Below are positions 27,503-37,159 of a stretch of 64,000 bases of DNA, piece after piece. The stretch is from a bacterium. Lineage in GTDB: Bacteria > UBA8248. The position numbers were made by a program, and so were the translations under genes. The notes under the pieces were generated by a model. That model ran no database searches and was not told where the DNA came from. It saw only the letters and a program-made list of their open reading frames with translations. The DNA lies in contig OZ245330.1 in assembly GCA_965225985.1 (NCBI GenBank), positions 2,111,848 through 2,175,847 of the forward strand, read 5' to 3'. The stretch's first letter is position 1, and every line of letters begins with the position of its first letter.

Positions 27503-28453
27503 GTGTCGTCAAACCAAGTTAAAAACGCCAAACAACGCAAATTGCCGCTACCCGATCTATCCAGCGTTGACGCCGTTCAGGAATGTTTCAGGGAAAATAA
27601 ATACATCTCGGATCGGGCAATTGCCACAACGCTTTTCCTGGCTATCAAGCTAGAAAAACCCCTCTTCCTCGAAGGCGAGGCCGGTGTCGGAAAGACGGAG
27701 ATGGCGAAAGTCCTCGCCGCCGCCCTCGACACTGAATTGATTCGTCTCCAGTGCTATGAAGGTCTCGACTCAAACTCTGCCCTTTATGAGTGGAACTATG
27801 CCAAGCAGCTCCTCCACATCAAAACCGAGGAGGGTCTCAAAGGAAACACCAAACAGGTTGAAAAGGACATATTCAGTCCCGAGTACCTGATCGAACGCCC
27901 CCTGCTCCGCGCCTTGATCCACTCGAAAGAGCGGCCCATCGTGCTGCTCATAGATGAGATTGACCGGGCGGACGAGGAATTCGAAGCGTTTCTGCTTGAA
28001 ATCCTGTCCGATTTCCAGATCACCATTCCTGAGCTCGGACCCATCATGGCCGAGCGCAAACCGCTCGTTATCTTGACGAGCAACCGGACCAGGGAAATTC
28101 ACGATGCCCTGAAACGCCGCTGCCTATACCTTTGGGTGGACTATCCCAGTTTTGAGAAAGAGTTGGAGATTGTCCTGACAAAGGTGCCCGGAATCCCGCG
28201 ACGGCTCGGCGAACAGATCTGCCGTTTCATGGGTCAGGCGCGGACGATGGACTTTTACAAGCGGCCCGGCGTTGCCGAAACCCTGGACTGGGCACAAGCT
28301 CTCATCGCCCTCCACAAGGAAGAGCTCGACCCCGACTCCGTGAAAGAAACCATCGGGTGCATCCTGAAATACCACGAGGACATCAAGCAGATCAACGAGA
28401 ATGGGCTCGACCGCCTTGTGGGGACAGCCCAGTTGTCTCCTGAAGTCGAATAG
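27503..28453 (+). CDS. MoxR-like AAA+ ATPase (CoxD-like)
   Basis: In-frame part of ORF 27419..28453. GTG 27503 follows AAGGAAGG. Walker A GEAGVGKTEMAK, Walker B VLLIDEIDRADEEF, sensor LTSNRTRE. Confidence 0.88.
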   Translation: MSSNQVKNAKQRKLPLPDLSSVDAVQECFRENKYISDRAIATTLFLAIKLEKPLFLEGEAGVGKTEMAKVLAAALDTELIRLQCYEGLDSNSALYEWNYAKQLLHIKTEEGLKGNTKQVEKDIFSPEYLIERPLLRALIHSKERPIVLLIDEIDRADEEFEAFLLEILSDFQITIPELGPIMAERKPLVILTSNRTREIHDALKRRCLYLWVDYPSFEKELEIVLTKVPGIPRRLGEQICRFMGQARTMDFYKRPGVAETLDWAQALIALHKEELDPDSVKETIGCILKYHEDIKQINENGLDRLVGTAQLSPEVE

Positions 28454-28477
28454 CCGCATTCGCTCTCAGGGTTTCCC

Positions 28478-29734
28478 ATGAAAATCCGCCCTGTTGTTTC
28501 AGGCACCCTCCCCGGTCGGCGCATCCGCTCTCCCGGCAGCGGCATTCAAGGGGAGGTCACCGCCTTTTGCCGAATACTTCGGAAAACCGGCCTGAAGGCG
28601 ACCTCCGGCAGAATCATCGACCTCTTCCACAGTTTTGAGCACCTGGACATCACGGAACTGCAAAATGTCTATGTGGCGGCGAAATCCAACCTGGTCTCCA
28701 GCCAGGAGGAAAGCGTCATATTCGACGCGATCTTTCGCCGTTTTTGGTTTGACGAGCGCGGGAACGTCTCGGCCGGGGAGGAATCCCTTGAGCTCGACGC
28801 GGAGCTTGAGAACGAATTGGCCGAAGGCGCCGGCGAGGGGCCGGGCGACCCGCAGGACGACAAGGAGCCTGAGACTGATGAAACCAAAGCGGGCCCAAGC
28901 CTTTCCAGCGAAGAGGCGGAAGAGGGAGCCGAACCGGGCGAGGGGGGGGAGGGCGAAGAGGGCGTCCCCGCCTACAGCCCCGCCGAGGTATTGTCACAAA
29001 AGGATTTCTCCTCCATTCAGGCGGACCAGATCCACCAAATACGCCGGCTGATCGCCAAGCTGGTCCCGAAACTCGCCACCCGGCTTAGCCGCCGGAAAAA
29101 AGCCGCGGCGAGCGCGCGGGAGATCGACCTCCGGAGGAGCGTGAAGCGGAGCATCCGGACCGGCGGCGAGGTGATCAAACTCTTCCGCAGAAAACGCCGT
29201 ATTCAGAAAACCCAAATTATCCTTCTTTGCGACGTCTCCGGTTCGATGGACAGTTACAGCCAATTTCTCATTCGGTTCCTCTACAGTCTTCAAAACGAAA
29301 TCAAATCGCTCCGGACCTTCGTATTCAGCACCCGTCTCACCGACGCGACCCCCTACCTTCGGCACAAAGACGTAAACGTGGCCTTGTCGCGCCTCTCCCA
29401 CGAGGTTCATGACTGGAGCGGCGGGACCCAAATCGGAAATTGTCTCCGCACTTTCAACTACGACTACGGCAGGCAGATCCTCAACAGCCGGACCATCGTA
29501 CTCATCATCTCGGACGGATGGGACCGGGGGGACACCGACCTCCTCGCTCTCGAATTGGATCGTCTGAAGAAAAGGTGCCGTCACCTGATTTGGCTGAACC
29601 CCCTGCTGGGCAGCCCCGGATACCGGCCAATCGACCGCGGGATGCGGACGGCCCTTCCGTATTGCGACGATTTTTTGCCCGCCCACAACTTGGAGAGCTT
29701 GGTCAACATGACTCACAAGATTTCAAAGCTCTAA
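28478..29734 (+). CDS. VWA domain protein (CoxE-like)
   Basis: 418-aa ORF with an acidic central linker and a C-terminal VWA domain with MIDAS LLCDVSGSM and ISDGWD. Immediately follows the MoxR ATPase. Confidence 0.85.
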   Translation: MKIRPVVSGTLPGRRIRSPGSGIQGEVTAFCRILRKTGLKATSGRIIDLFHSFEHLDITELQNVYVAAKSNLVSSQEESVIFDAIFRRFWFDERGNVSAGEESLELDAELENELAEGAGEGPGDPQDDKEPETDETKAGPSLSSEEAEEGAEPGEGGEGEEGVPAYSPAEVLSQKDFSSIQADQIHQIRRLIAKLVPKLATRLSRRKKAAASAREIDLRRSVKRSIRTGGEVIKLFRRKRRIQKTQIILLCDVSGSMDSYSQFLIRFLYSLQNEIKSLRTFVFSTRLTDATPYLRHKDVNVALSRLSHEVHDWSGGTQIGNCLRTFNYDYGRQILNSRTIVLIISDGWDRGDTDLLALELDRLKKRCRHLIWLNPLLGSPGYRPIDRGMRTALPYCDDFLPAHNLESLVNMTHKISKL

Positions 29735-29828
29735 TCTGTTTTTCCCGAAAGCGGCGCATCGGTTAAAATTCACTGCAGACATACCCGTTACATTTCCGAC
29801 GCTTTATTGCACGCATTGGACGCCCGGG

Positions 29829-30497
29829 ATGGCAAAGCTATTAATCTATACGGCCGATGACGGATTCGCCGACGCCCTCATCCGCTCCCTCCGCCGCGAG
29901 GGACATTTTTGCAAAGTGGTCGAGGACGAAGAGACGGCCCTGCGGGAAATACGCGGACAAGGCTATTCGCTCATTCTTCTGGACGACGCCCCCGCCCTTC
30001 CTTCCGTGAATGACCTTCGGAACTGGAGCGCGATGCCCATCCTCCTTCTCGTGGAGCCCGCCCGTTTGCCGAGCCAGCCCACGCCCATCGAAGCCGACGA
30101 CGCGGTTGTGAAGCCGGTTCGGGAGGAAGAGCTCATTTTCCGCGTTCAAAACTTGTGTGCCCGCTCCCGCGATTCGTCGTACAAAACGGGGAATTCCCCG
30201 CGCGAGGTCGAGGGCCTGGCCCTCGACGAGGACCGCTACGAGTTTCGCCTTCACGGCGTTCCCATCAGCCTGACTTTTCGGGAATTTGAGCTTCTCAAAC
30301 TCTTGATGAAAAACCCGGGCCATGTTTTCGACCGGGAGCGGCTTCTCGATCTCGTTTGGGGCGCCGACTACATCGGCGGCGCGCGAACCGTGGACGTTCA
30401 CATCCGCAGAATTCGGTCGAAGATCGAGGCCGGTGGCCGGCCCTTCATCTCCACCATCCGGGGGGTAGGCTACAAGTTCAACGAAGGAACGAGATAA
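29829..30497 (+). CDS. OmpR/PhoB-type response regulator (receiver plus winged-helix)
   Basis: 222-aa ORF. Receiver with LILLDD. C-terminal LTFREFELLKLLMKNPGHVF.R..LLD.VWG....GGARTVDVHIRRIRSKIE..IST.RGVGYKF. Confidence 0.85.
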   Translation: MAKLLIYTADDGFADALIRSLRREGHFCKVVEDEETALREIRGQGYSLILLDDAPALPSVNDLRNWSAMPILLLVEPARLPSQPTPIEADDAVVKPVREEELIFRVQNLCARSRDSSYKTGNSPREVEGLALDEDRYEFRLHGVPISLTFREFELLKLLMKNPGHVFDRERLLDLVWGADYIGGARTVDVHIRRIRSKIEAGGRPFISTIRGVGYKFNEGTR

Positions 30498-30766
30498 GGA
30501 AAATTCCTCTCGAAACGCCGGCGCCCCCCTTCCCCATCTCGTTTCTCCCGTGGATTTAACCCCGGCGAAATCCCGCCGAAACGTTTCTGAAACAAGGCTT
30601 GATTAGCATGAGGACAATTGTGAGTCCCCCTCGCGGCGGAGCCGGTGCCGCTGGTTCGCCAAAAATCATCCGAAGGGGGGAGGATGCGGGAAAGCGGCCG
30701 TGTCGCCATCAAAAAACTCCGGCGGCGGGATGAAGCCGGAATCTCTTTCCCGCCCTCGCCGGGCAA

Positions 30767-32137
30767 ATGTATCGGGAATCGGAGAAGCGATTGACCCCGT
30801 CATCTGAGGCAAGGGACAAGGAATTTGTCCTCAACCAGGCGCGCGATCTGGATGTTCGCTTCATCCGGATGTGGTTCACAGACATTCTCGGCTTTCTCAA
30901 AAGTTTTGCCATCACCACCGAGGATCTCGAAACCGCCCTTTTTGAAGGACACCTATTCGACGGTTCCGCTATCGAGGGCTTTGCCCGGATCGAAGAAAGC
31001 GACATGTTCGCCCTGCCCGACCCAGCCACGTTTTGCGTCCTCCCCTGGCGGCCCAAAGACGGCGGAGTGGTCGCCCGCATGTTCTGCAACATCAACCGTC
31101 CGGACGGCTCGCCTTATCCGGCGGACCCGCGTTACGTCCTCCGGCGCGCCCTCGAAAAGGCCGCCGCCAAAGGTTTCACCTTTTACGTTGGCGCCGAATT
31201 CGAACATTACTATTTCAGATCGTCAGAGCCGCCCTTGGAAAAGCTCGACCGGGGAGGATACTTCGACCTCACCCCGCTCGACGTCGCCAGCGATCTCCGG
31301 CGGGACACGGTTCTCACTCTCGAAGGCATGGGAATCGGCGTGGAGTACAGCCACCACGAGGTAGGCCCCAGCCAGCACGAAATCGACCTGCGCTACGATG
31401 ACGCCTTGGCCATGGCGGACAACGCCATGACATACCGTCTCGTGGTAAAGGAAGTGGCGATGCGCCACGGCGTCTTTGCGACTTTCATGCCCAAGCCCCT
31501 CGCCGACAGCAACGGAAACGGAATGCACCTCAACCTTTCCCTATTCGAAGGCGAGCGGAACATTTTCCACGATACCTCGAAGGCGGACGGCCTTTCGGAC
31601 GAGTGCCTCGTGTTTATCGCGGGTCTGCTTCGGCATGCGCCCGAGTGCGCCATCGTTTTGAATCAATGGACAAACAGCTACAAGCGCCTGGTTCCCGGAT
31701 TCGAAGCCCCCATGTACATCTCCTGGGCCCACAAAAACCGGAGCGATCTTATCCGCGTTCCGACCCCCCGAAAGGGACGCGACTCCGACACCCGGATCGA
31801 GCTTCGCTCGCCGGACCCGGCGTGCAACCCCTATCTCACCTTCGCCTGCTGTCTTGCGGCGGGAATGGAGGGAATCGAGAAAGGATACCCCCCCGTGGCG
31901 CCCGTCGAGGAAAATGTCTACGAGCTCAGCCCGGAGGAAAGGGAGCGAAGAGAAATCAGGACGCTGCCGGGCGATTTGGGCGAAGCAATCAAATTTGCTG
32001 AAAACAACGAATTGCTGAAAACGGTGCTGGGCGAATACATCCTGGATAAGTTGATTGAAAACAAAAAGCTCGAATGGGAGCGCTACCGGGTCCACGTCTC
32101 CGATTTCGAGCTCAATGCCTATCTCCCCATCCTATAA
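30767..32137 (+). CDS. glnA: Glutamine synthetase, type I (alpha-like)
   Basis: 456-aa ORF collinear with Bacillus-type GlnA: FTDILGFLKSF, FDGSAIEGFARIEESDM, GGYFDL, SHHEVGPSQHEID, MPKPL...NGNGMHLNLSL, NSYKRLVPGFEAP, RSPDPACNPYL. Confidence 0.92.
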   Translation: MYRESEKRLTPSSEARDKEFVLNQARDLDVRFIRMWFTDILGFLKSFAITTEDLETALFEGHLFDGSAIEGFARIEESDMFALPDPATFCVLPWRPKDGGVVARMFCNINRPDGSPYPADPRYVLRRALEKAAAKGFTFYVGAEFEHYYFRSSEPPLEKLDRGGYFDLTPLDVASDLRRDTVLTLEGMGIGVEYSHHEVGPSQHEIDLRYDDALAMADNAMTYRLVVKEVAMRHGVFATFMPKPLADSNGNGMHLNLSLFEGERNIFHDTSKADGLSDECLVFIAGLLRHAPECAIVLNQWTNSYKRLVPGFEAPMYISWAHKNRSDLIRVPTPRKGRDSDTRIELRSPDPACNPYLTFACCLAAGMEGIEKGYPPVAPVEENVYELSPEERERREIRTLPGDLGEAIKFAENNELLKTVLGEYILDKLIENKKLEWERYRVHVSDFELNAYLPIL

Positions 32138-32443
32138 GCCCGCCACTCTCATTTTTCTCCGCAAATCGGCTGGAACAAACAGAAAAAAGCGAAACTACCA
32201 AAACCGAGGCTCTTCACTTCCAAACCCAGCGCGATTCTCCCCGCCGTCTCGAGGCGACGATCGATTGGGGGCGCCATCGAGGACTCGAAGCCGTCTGAAA
32301 ATGGCGAAAGAAATCCTATTGTGCTAGGATTTCACTCTCCAGCCCGCAAGAAGCCGTCAATTGACGGTGAAACCCTGAATTCTTTATGATTTTCCTCTGC
32401 ACGGGCGGAAGCCGGGCATCCAAGCGCATCGAGGGAGAAGAAA

Positions 32444-33115
32444 ATGGGCGCCAGGGCGCCGAAAGAGTTCGTCCAGCACCTTCGAAACGTCTATATGGAG
32501 ACGGTCTCCGATCGGAAGTTCGTCTACTCGGAATGGTTCAAAGAATCTGGGAACCGGCTGCGCGAGGCGTATCGGCAGCTCGCCTGCGCCTACTGGGCCA
32601 GCGCCGAGGTCCACGCCAAGGCACAGGTGCGGTTCGAGTGGATGCTGGACATCAACACCAAAATCAAGATCGCCCGCCAGGTCTGGGAGGAGGCTCGCCA
32701 CTGCAAGGACGTAAAAACCCTTATCAAACATACGTTTGGCGAAAGCTTCGAGGCGGACGATTACGAGCCCGTCCCGGAGCTGACCGAGTGCTTTTATCAT
32801 TACTACCTTCACATCGAGGAGCCGGGCGCCTACTTCGCCGCCCACAACGCCGCCGGCGAGCGGACCGCCCTCTACATGCTCGAGGAGTTGGCCGCTACGG
32901 CCCGCTCGGGCAGGATGGATAAATTCTGCCAGTTCGCCGAAAGGATCATTCCCGAGGAGCGGCTCCACGTCCGCTTGGGCGAGGTGGTGATCGAGCAGTT
33001 CGCCAAGACGGCGGAGGATCAAGAAAGGCTGGAGCGGTTCTTCCGTGAGGGGCTGGAGGCGCACTGGAAGTACACCGAGGGGGTGTTCCGGAAGATCAGC
33101 TCCATGAGCAATTGA
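32444..33115 (+). CDS. Ferritin-like diiron-carboxylate-type protein, paralogue 1 (first Glu ligand position is Tyr)
   Basis: 223-aa ORF with EEARH (81-85), AAGERTA (E138) and PEERLH (170-174). The position equivalent to E50 of paralogue 2 is Y (LACAYW). GC3-rich codons. Confidence 0.7.
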   Translation: MGARAPKEFVQHLRNVYMETVSDRKFVYSEWFKESGNRLREAYRQLACAYWASAEVHAKAQVRFEWMLDINTKIKIARQVWEEARHCKDVKTLIKHTFGESFEADDYEPVPELTECFYHYYLHIEEPGAYFAAHNAAGERTALYMLEELAATARSGRMDKFCQFAERIIPEERLHVRLGEVVIEQFAKTAEDQERLERFFREGLEAHWKYTEGVFRKISSMSN

Positions 33116-33232
33116 GCCCGGCTTTCCGGATGCGGCGGGTGACATTCGAATCTGCTTCCTTCCCTCCGGGGAAGGTGTGATATAAATTTCAAGTATTCGT
33201 CGATTGCTCGCTCCGGGACGGGAGGTTACCGC

Positions 33233-33901
33233 ATGGCTGCCATGGCGCCGAAAGAGTTCATCCAACATCTTCGGAAAATATACGACGATGTGATCTCAAC
33301 GAGAAAGTTCGTCTACTCCGAATGGTTCAAGGAAACGGGCGACCGGCTGAAAGAGGCCTACCGCCAGCTCGCCTGCGCCGAATGGGCGAGCTCCTACGTT
33401 CACGCGAGCCTGCTCGAGCGCTTCCCGGAGATGGACATCGCCATCAAGACCAAGGTCGCCCGCCAGGTCTGGGAGGAGGCCCGCCACTGCAAGGACGTGA
33501 AATCACTGCTTCACGAAGCCTTCGGCGAGGAGTTCAACGTCCACGAGTACAACCCGGTCCAGGAGATGACCGACTGCTTTTACAAGTACTACTACAGCAT
33601 CGACGACCCGGTCGCCTACTTCGCCGCCCACAACGCCGCGGGGGAGCGGACGGCGCTCCGGATGCTGGAGAAGGTGAGCATCTTCGCCCGGGAGGCGGGC
33701 ATGCACAGCCTGGCCCGGGTGGCTGAGAAGATCGTCCCGGAGGAGCGCTTCCACGTCCGCCTGGGCGAGGAGGTGGTCGAAAAATACGCCACCACCGAAG
33801 AGCGCCAGAAATCCCTGGAGCAGTACTTTCGGGATGGGCTCGACGCCCATTGGAACTACACCGAAGGGGTTTATGCGAAGATCAACTCCATGAGCGCGTG
33901 A
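33233..33901 (+). CDS. Ferritin-like diiron-carboxylate-type protein, paralogue 2 (full E..ExxH x2 pattern)
   Basis: 222-aa ORF. E50 (LACAEW), E82xxH85 (EEARH), E138 (AAGERTA), E171xxH174 (EERFH). The 32-33 residue spacing matches the classical duplicated E-(x)n-ExxH motif. Confidence 0.7.
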   Translation: MAAMAPKEFIQHLRKIYDDVISTRKFVYSEWFKETGDRLKEAYRQLACAEWASSYVHASLLERFPEMDIAIKTKVARQVWEEARHCKDVKSLLHEAFGEEFNVHEYNPVQEMTDCFYKYYYSIDDPVAYFAAHNAAGERTALRMLEKVSIFAREAGMHSLARVAEKIVPEERFHVRLGEEVVEKYATTEERQKSLEQYFRDGLDAHWNYTEGVYAKINSMSA

Positions 33902-33929
33902 TTTTCAGCGCAGCGGGGAGGATTCTTTC

Positions 33930-34202
33930 ATGTCACGCATCGTCGCCATCGAGGGCGCCCAGGCCTGGGTCTCCGACCTGCTCCACCTCGAGATCTTCAA
34001 GCGCGAGGCCGCCGACAGGGACGCCCTCGGCGAGGGGGAGAGCGCGCCCATGACGTGGTGGGAGATCTTCCAGGCGGCCGTCAAGGAAGGAAGCCTGACG
34101 GAAGAAGATGTGCCCTACTGGCTCGCGGCGGCCACGAAGGGCCAGCTGGAGGGCAACGTCGAGGACATCGAAAAGGACTACGAGGGCGGGGTTCACATCT
34201 AG
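33930..34202 (+). CDS. Small acidic hypothetical protein (90 aa)
   Basis: GC3-rich ORF with GGGGAGGA upstream, 28 nt after the diiron paralogue 2 stop. No recognisable motif. Confidence 0.6.
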   Translation: MSRIVAIEGAQAWVSDLLHLEIFKREAADRDALGEGESAPMTWWEIFQAAVKEGSLTEEDVPYWLAAATKGQLEGNVEDIEKDYEGGVHI

Positions 34203-34220
34203 CGAAACGGAAAGAGCGTC

Positions 34221-34517
34221 ATGGGCCACACCCGGGACACGAAAGCGTGGCAGGAGCTCTTCGGCCAGTTCATCGAGATGGACGACCACGACTGGAACGC
34301 CGCGGACGACCGCCTGGCGAAGGGTTGCCCGCCGGAGAAGGCGGAGGAGATTTTAGAGGATTTCGTTTCTTTCACGCGCTTCGTCTGGTCGAACTTCATC
34401 GACTTGAAGCTGGACTTCGACGACCACGTCATCGAAAATATCATCGAGGCCCGCGGGGCCGATTCGCTGGAAAGCCTCGGGGTGCGCCGGGAGAATCTGA
34501 ACGCCTTCCGGCCCTAG
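34221..34517 (+). CDS. Small acidic hypothetical protein (98 aa)
   Basis: GC3-rich ORF, 18 nt after the preceding small ORF. No recognisable motif. Confidence 0.6.
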   Translation: MGHTRDTKAWQELFGQFIEMDDHDWNAADDRLAKGCPPEKAEEILEDFVSFTRFVWSNFIDLKLDFDDHVIENIIEARGADSLESLGVRRENLNAFRP

Positions 34518-34546
34518 CCCGCTTTTTCTAAAAACCCTTCCCGGAC

Positions 34547-34897
34547 CTACTCCCGCCGGGCCGGCTGGGCGCACCCGGCCAGCCAGTCCAGATAGGACTC
34601 CCTTCCCCGGTCGAGGGCAACGGAAATGACCTCGGGCACATCGTAGCTGTGTTGCTCGGCCACCCGGGCGGCCAAATCATCCACTTTTGATAAAACCGTT
34701 TTCAGGAGAAGCAAACACTCCGGGTCGTCCTGCACCTTGCCATTCCACCGATAAATGCTCCGGATCCGCGGAATGATGTTCGCGCAGGCGGCCAGCCCCT
34801 CCTCGACCAAACTCTTGGCGATCCCGGCGGCCTCCTCCTCGGAACTGGTTGTCACCAATACCAGACGGAAATTCCCGGCCTCTCTTGTTTCAGCCAA
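34547..34897 (-). CDS. cutA: Divalent-cation tolerance protein CutA
   Basis: 116-aa ORF. LVLVTTSSEEEAAGIAKSLVEEGLAACANI..IRSIYRWNGKVQDD.E..LLLKT is typical of CutA1. Confidence 0.9.
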   Translation of the reverse strand: MAETREAGNFRLVLVTTSSEEEAAGIAKSLVEEGLAACANIIPRIRSIYRWNGKVQDDPECLLLLKTVLSKVDDLAARVAEQHSYDVPEVISVALDRGRESYLDWLAGCAQPARRE

Positions 34898-35034
34898 CTT
34901 TTCTCACCTCCTTTTCTCACCCCCGCGATACACACCGCTCATGTCCCGGAAAAAGGCTATTCTGTTCGAATATTTCGGTTCGCCCTTGCCGGCACAATAA
35001 GAAGAAGCGGAGCGGGGGCCTCCCGTGTATGCCG

Positions 35035-35991
35035 CTAGCTGTCCTGCAACATCGCCTCAGCGACGCCGTAAGGGTCTTTTTTTCGGACCACGATATCGTC
35101 GAGAACGGCTTCGAATGCCTCGCCACGCTCCGTCCATTTGAGAAAGCGTTCGGCCACTTTATCCTTCAATATTTCCATCAACGCGTATCTCGCCTTCTCG
35201 CGGCGGCGAAGACGCATGGTTTCGGGATGATCCGCGAGATAGCGGCGGTGCTCCTCGATACTTTCCGCCACCTCCCCGATTCCCTCGCCGTCAATGGCTT
35301 CTGTCCTGAGAACGGGTGGGCGCCAGGCGTCCTCCCCCGCGCCCTGTTTCGAATGGAGCATCTCCTCGATATTTCTCACCGTCCCTTCCGCCCCTTCGCG
35401 CTTCGCCTTGTTGACCACAAAGATGTCCGCGATCTCCATGATCCCGGCCTTGGCCGCCTGAACATCGTCTCCCTGGCCCGGCGTGAGCACCAAAACCACC
35501 GTATCGGCCACCCTCGTGACGTCTAACTCCGCCTGCCCAACGCCCACCGTCTCGACGATCACGATGTCGAATCCCATGGCGTCCAAAACCGTCACGGCGT
35601 CCCCGGTGGCACGGGCCAAGCCGCCCAGGTGCCCGCGCGTCGCCATGCTCCGGATGAAAACGCCCGGGTCGGTAAAGTGGTGGCTCATCCGGATCCGGTC
35701 GCCCAGAATTGCCCCCCCGGTGAATGCGCTGCTCGGGTCCACCGCCAGTACACCCACCCGTTTCCCCTCGCCACGATAATGGGAGATGAACCGGTCCGTC
35801 AAAGTGCTTTTCCCCCCCCCGGGAGGACCCGTGAGCCCGAGGATCGCCGCCCGCCCCCCATGCGCATAGAGCGAGCGAAGAACCGGCTGGACGGCCGTGT
35901 CCCCGTCTTCGATCTTTGAAATGAGCTGCGCCGCGGGCCGCGCTTCTCCGGCGAGAATGCTTTCGGTTACCGTTTCCTGACGATTGGGCAT
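35035..35991 (-). CDS. meaB: Methylmalonyl-CoA mutase-associated GTPase MeaB/ArgK
   Basis: 318-aa ORF. P-loop GLTGPPGGGKST, VLAVDPSS, IVIVETVGVGQ and FVVNKAKREG (NKxD-like). Confidence 0.9.
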   Translation of the reverse strand: MPNRQETVTESILAGEARPAAQLISKIEDGDTAVQPVLRSLYAHGGRAAILGLTGPPGGGKSTLTDRFISHYRGEGKRVGVLAVDPSSAFTGGAILGDRIRMSHHFTDPGVFIRSMATRGHLGGLARATGDAVTVLDAMGFDIVIVETVGVGQAELDVTRVADTVVLVLTPGQGDDVQAAKAGIMEIADIFVVNKAKREGAEGTVRNIEEMLHSKQGAGEDAWRPPVLRTEAIDGEGIGEVAESIEEHRRYLADHPETMRLRRREKARYALMEILKDKVAERFLKWTERGEAFEAVLDDIVVRKKDPYGVAEAMLQDS

Positions 35992-36007
35992 GGCGGGACC
36001 GTGAGTT

Positions 36008-37159
36008 TCAAACGCGCCCGCCGGAGACGGACCGCGCGATGATCATCCGCTGCACTTCGCTCGTTCCTTCTCCGATCGTAAGCAGGCGGGCGTCACGCCA
36101 AAAGCGCCCCGCCGGGCACTCGTCCATGTAACCGTACCCCCCGTGGATCTGAATGCTTCTGTCGCACACGCGGAGGGCGGCCTCTGTCGCGAAAAGCTTG
36201 GCCATCGACGCCTCTTTCTGATATTCCTCCCCGGCGTCCCGGAGGCGGGCCGCATGCGCGACCAACTCCCGCGCCGCCGCCAATTCGGTCACGCTCTCGG
36301 CGAGCATCTCGCGGATCGCTCCGTATTGGGCGATCGGGCCGCCGAAGGCTTCCCGCTCGCGGGCGTGCCCGGTGGCCGCATCGAGCGCCCCCTGGGCGAG
36401 CCCGACGGCGATGGCCCCCACCCCCACGCGCCCCCCCGTGACGGCCTCCATCGCCTGGACGAATCCCTCCCCTTCCCCCCCGAGGAGGCGGTCGGCCGGA
36501 ATGCGGCAATTTTCAAAAATCACCTCCGCCGTATCCATGGAGCGCATGCCCAGTTTTCCGTGGAGCGGGCGGCTCACCCGGCCCGGATCGCCGGGTCCAA
36601 CGACGAATGCGCTGATTTCCTTTTTTCCCCGTCCCGTGCGCGCCATGACCGTCATGGCCGAAAAGATCGTACCTTGTGAGATGAACATCTTCGTTCCGTT
36701 CAGAATGTAGGAATCTCCCTCCCGCTCGGCTCGGCAGCGCAGCGCGCCCGCGTCGCTTCCCGATCCCGGCTCGGTCAGCGCCCAGGCCCCGAGCTCTCCT
36801 TCGAGAAGGCGCGGAACCCACCGCCGAATTTGCTCTTCCGATCCGCCGCCCAGAATGTGCCCTCCCGTCAGGCCCGCGGAGGCGCCGACGGTCAGGGCGA
36901 AGCTTCCGTCCACCCGGGCCAGCTCTTCGAGAACGAGCTGGTTCTCAAAATGGCCGGCGCCGCCGCCCCCCAATTTTTCCGGGAAATGGATGCCCAGCAG
37001 GCCCAGCTCCCCCGCCCCCTTGTACAAGTCGAGGGGAAACTCGCAGGTGCGGTCGCGCTCGGCCGCCCCCGGGGCCAGGGTTTTTTCCGCAAAATCCCTG
37101 GCCAGCCCGCGGAGGGCGCGGCCTGCCTCATCGAGTTCGGGATGGGTGGAAACCGCCAA
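36008..37159 (-). CDS. Acyl-CoA dehydrogenase
   Basis: 383-aa ORF. ALTEPGSGSDAGAL, YILNGTKMFISQG and the C-terminal QIHGGYGYM...RFWRDARLLTIGEGTSEVQR. Confidence 0.92.
   Translation of the reverse strand: MAVSTHPELDEAGRALRGLARDFAEKTLAPGAAERDRTCEFPLDLYKGAGELGLLGIHFPEKLGGGGAGHFENQLVLEELARVDGSFALTVGASAGLTGGHILGGGSEEQIRRWVPRLLEGELGAWALTEPGSGSDAGALRCRAEREGDSYILNGTKMFISQGTIFSAMTVMARTGRGKKEISAFVVGPGDPGRVSRPLHGKLGMRSMDTAEVIFENCRIPADRLLGGEGEGFVQAMEAVTGGRVGVGAIAVGLAQGALDAATGHAREREAFGGPIAQYGAIREMLAESVTELAAARELVAHAARLRDAGEEYQKEASMAKLFATEAALRVCDRSIQIHGGYGYMDECPAGRFWRDARLLTIGEGTSEVQRMIIARSVSGGRV

Noticed and set aside
30498-30766. A sigma-54 (TGGCAC-N5-TTGC) promoter or NtrC sites upstream of glnA.
   Set aside because: No acceptable match was found by eye in the 270-nt spacer.
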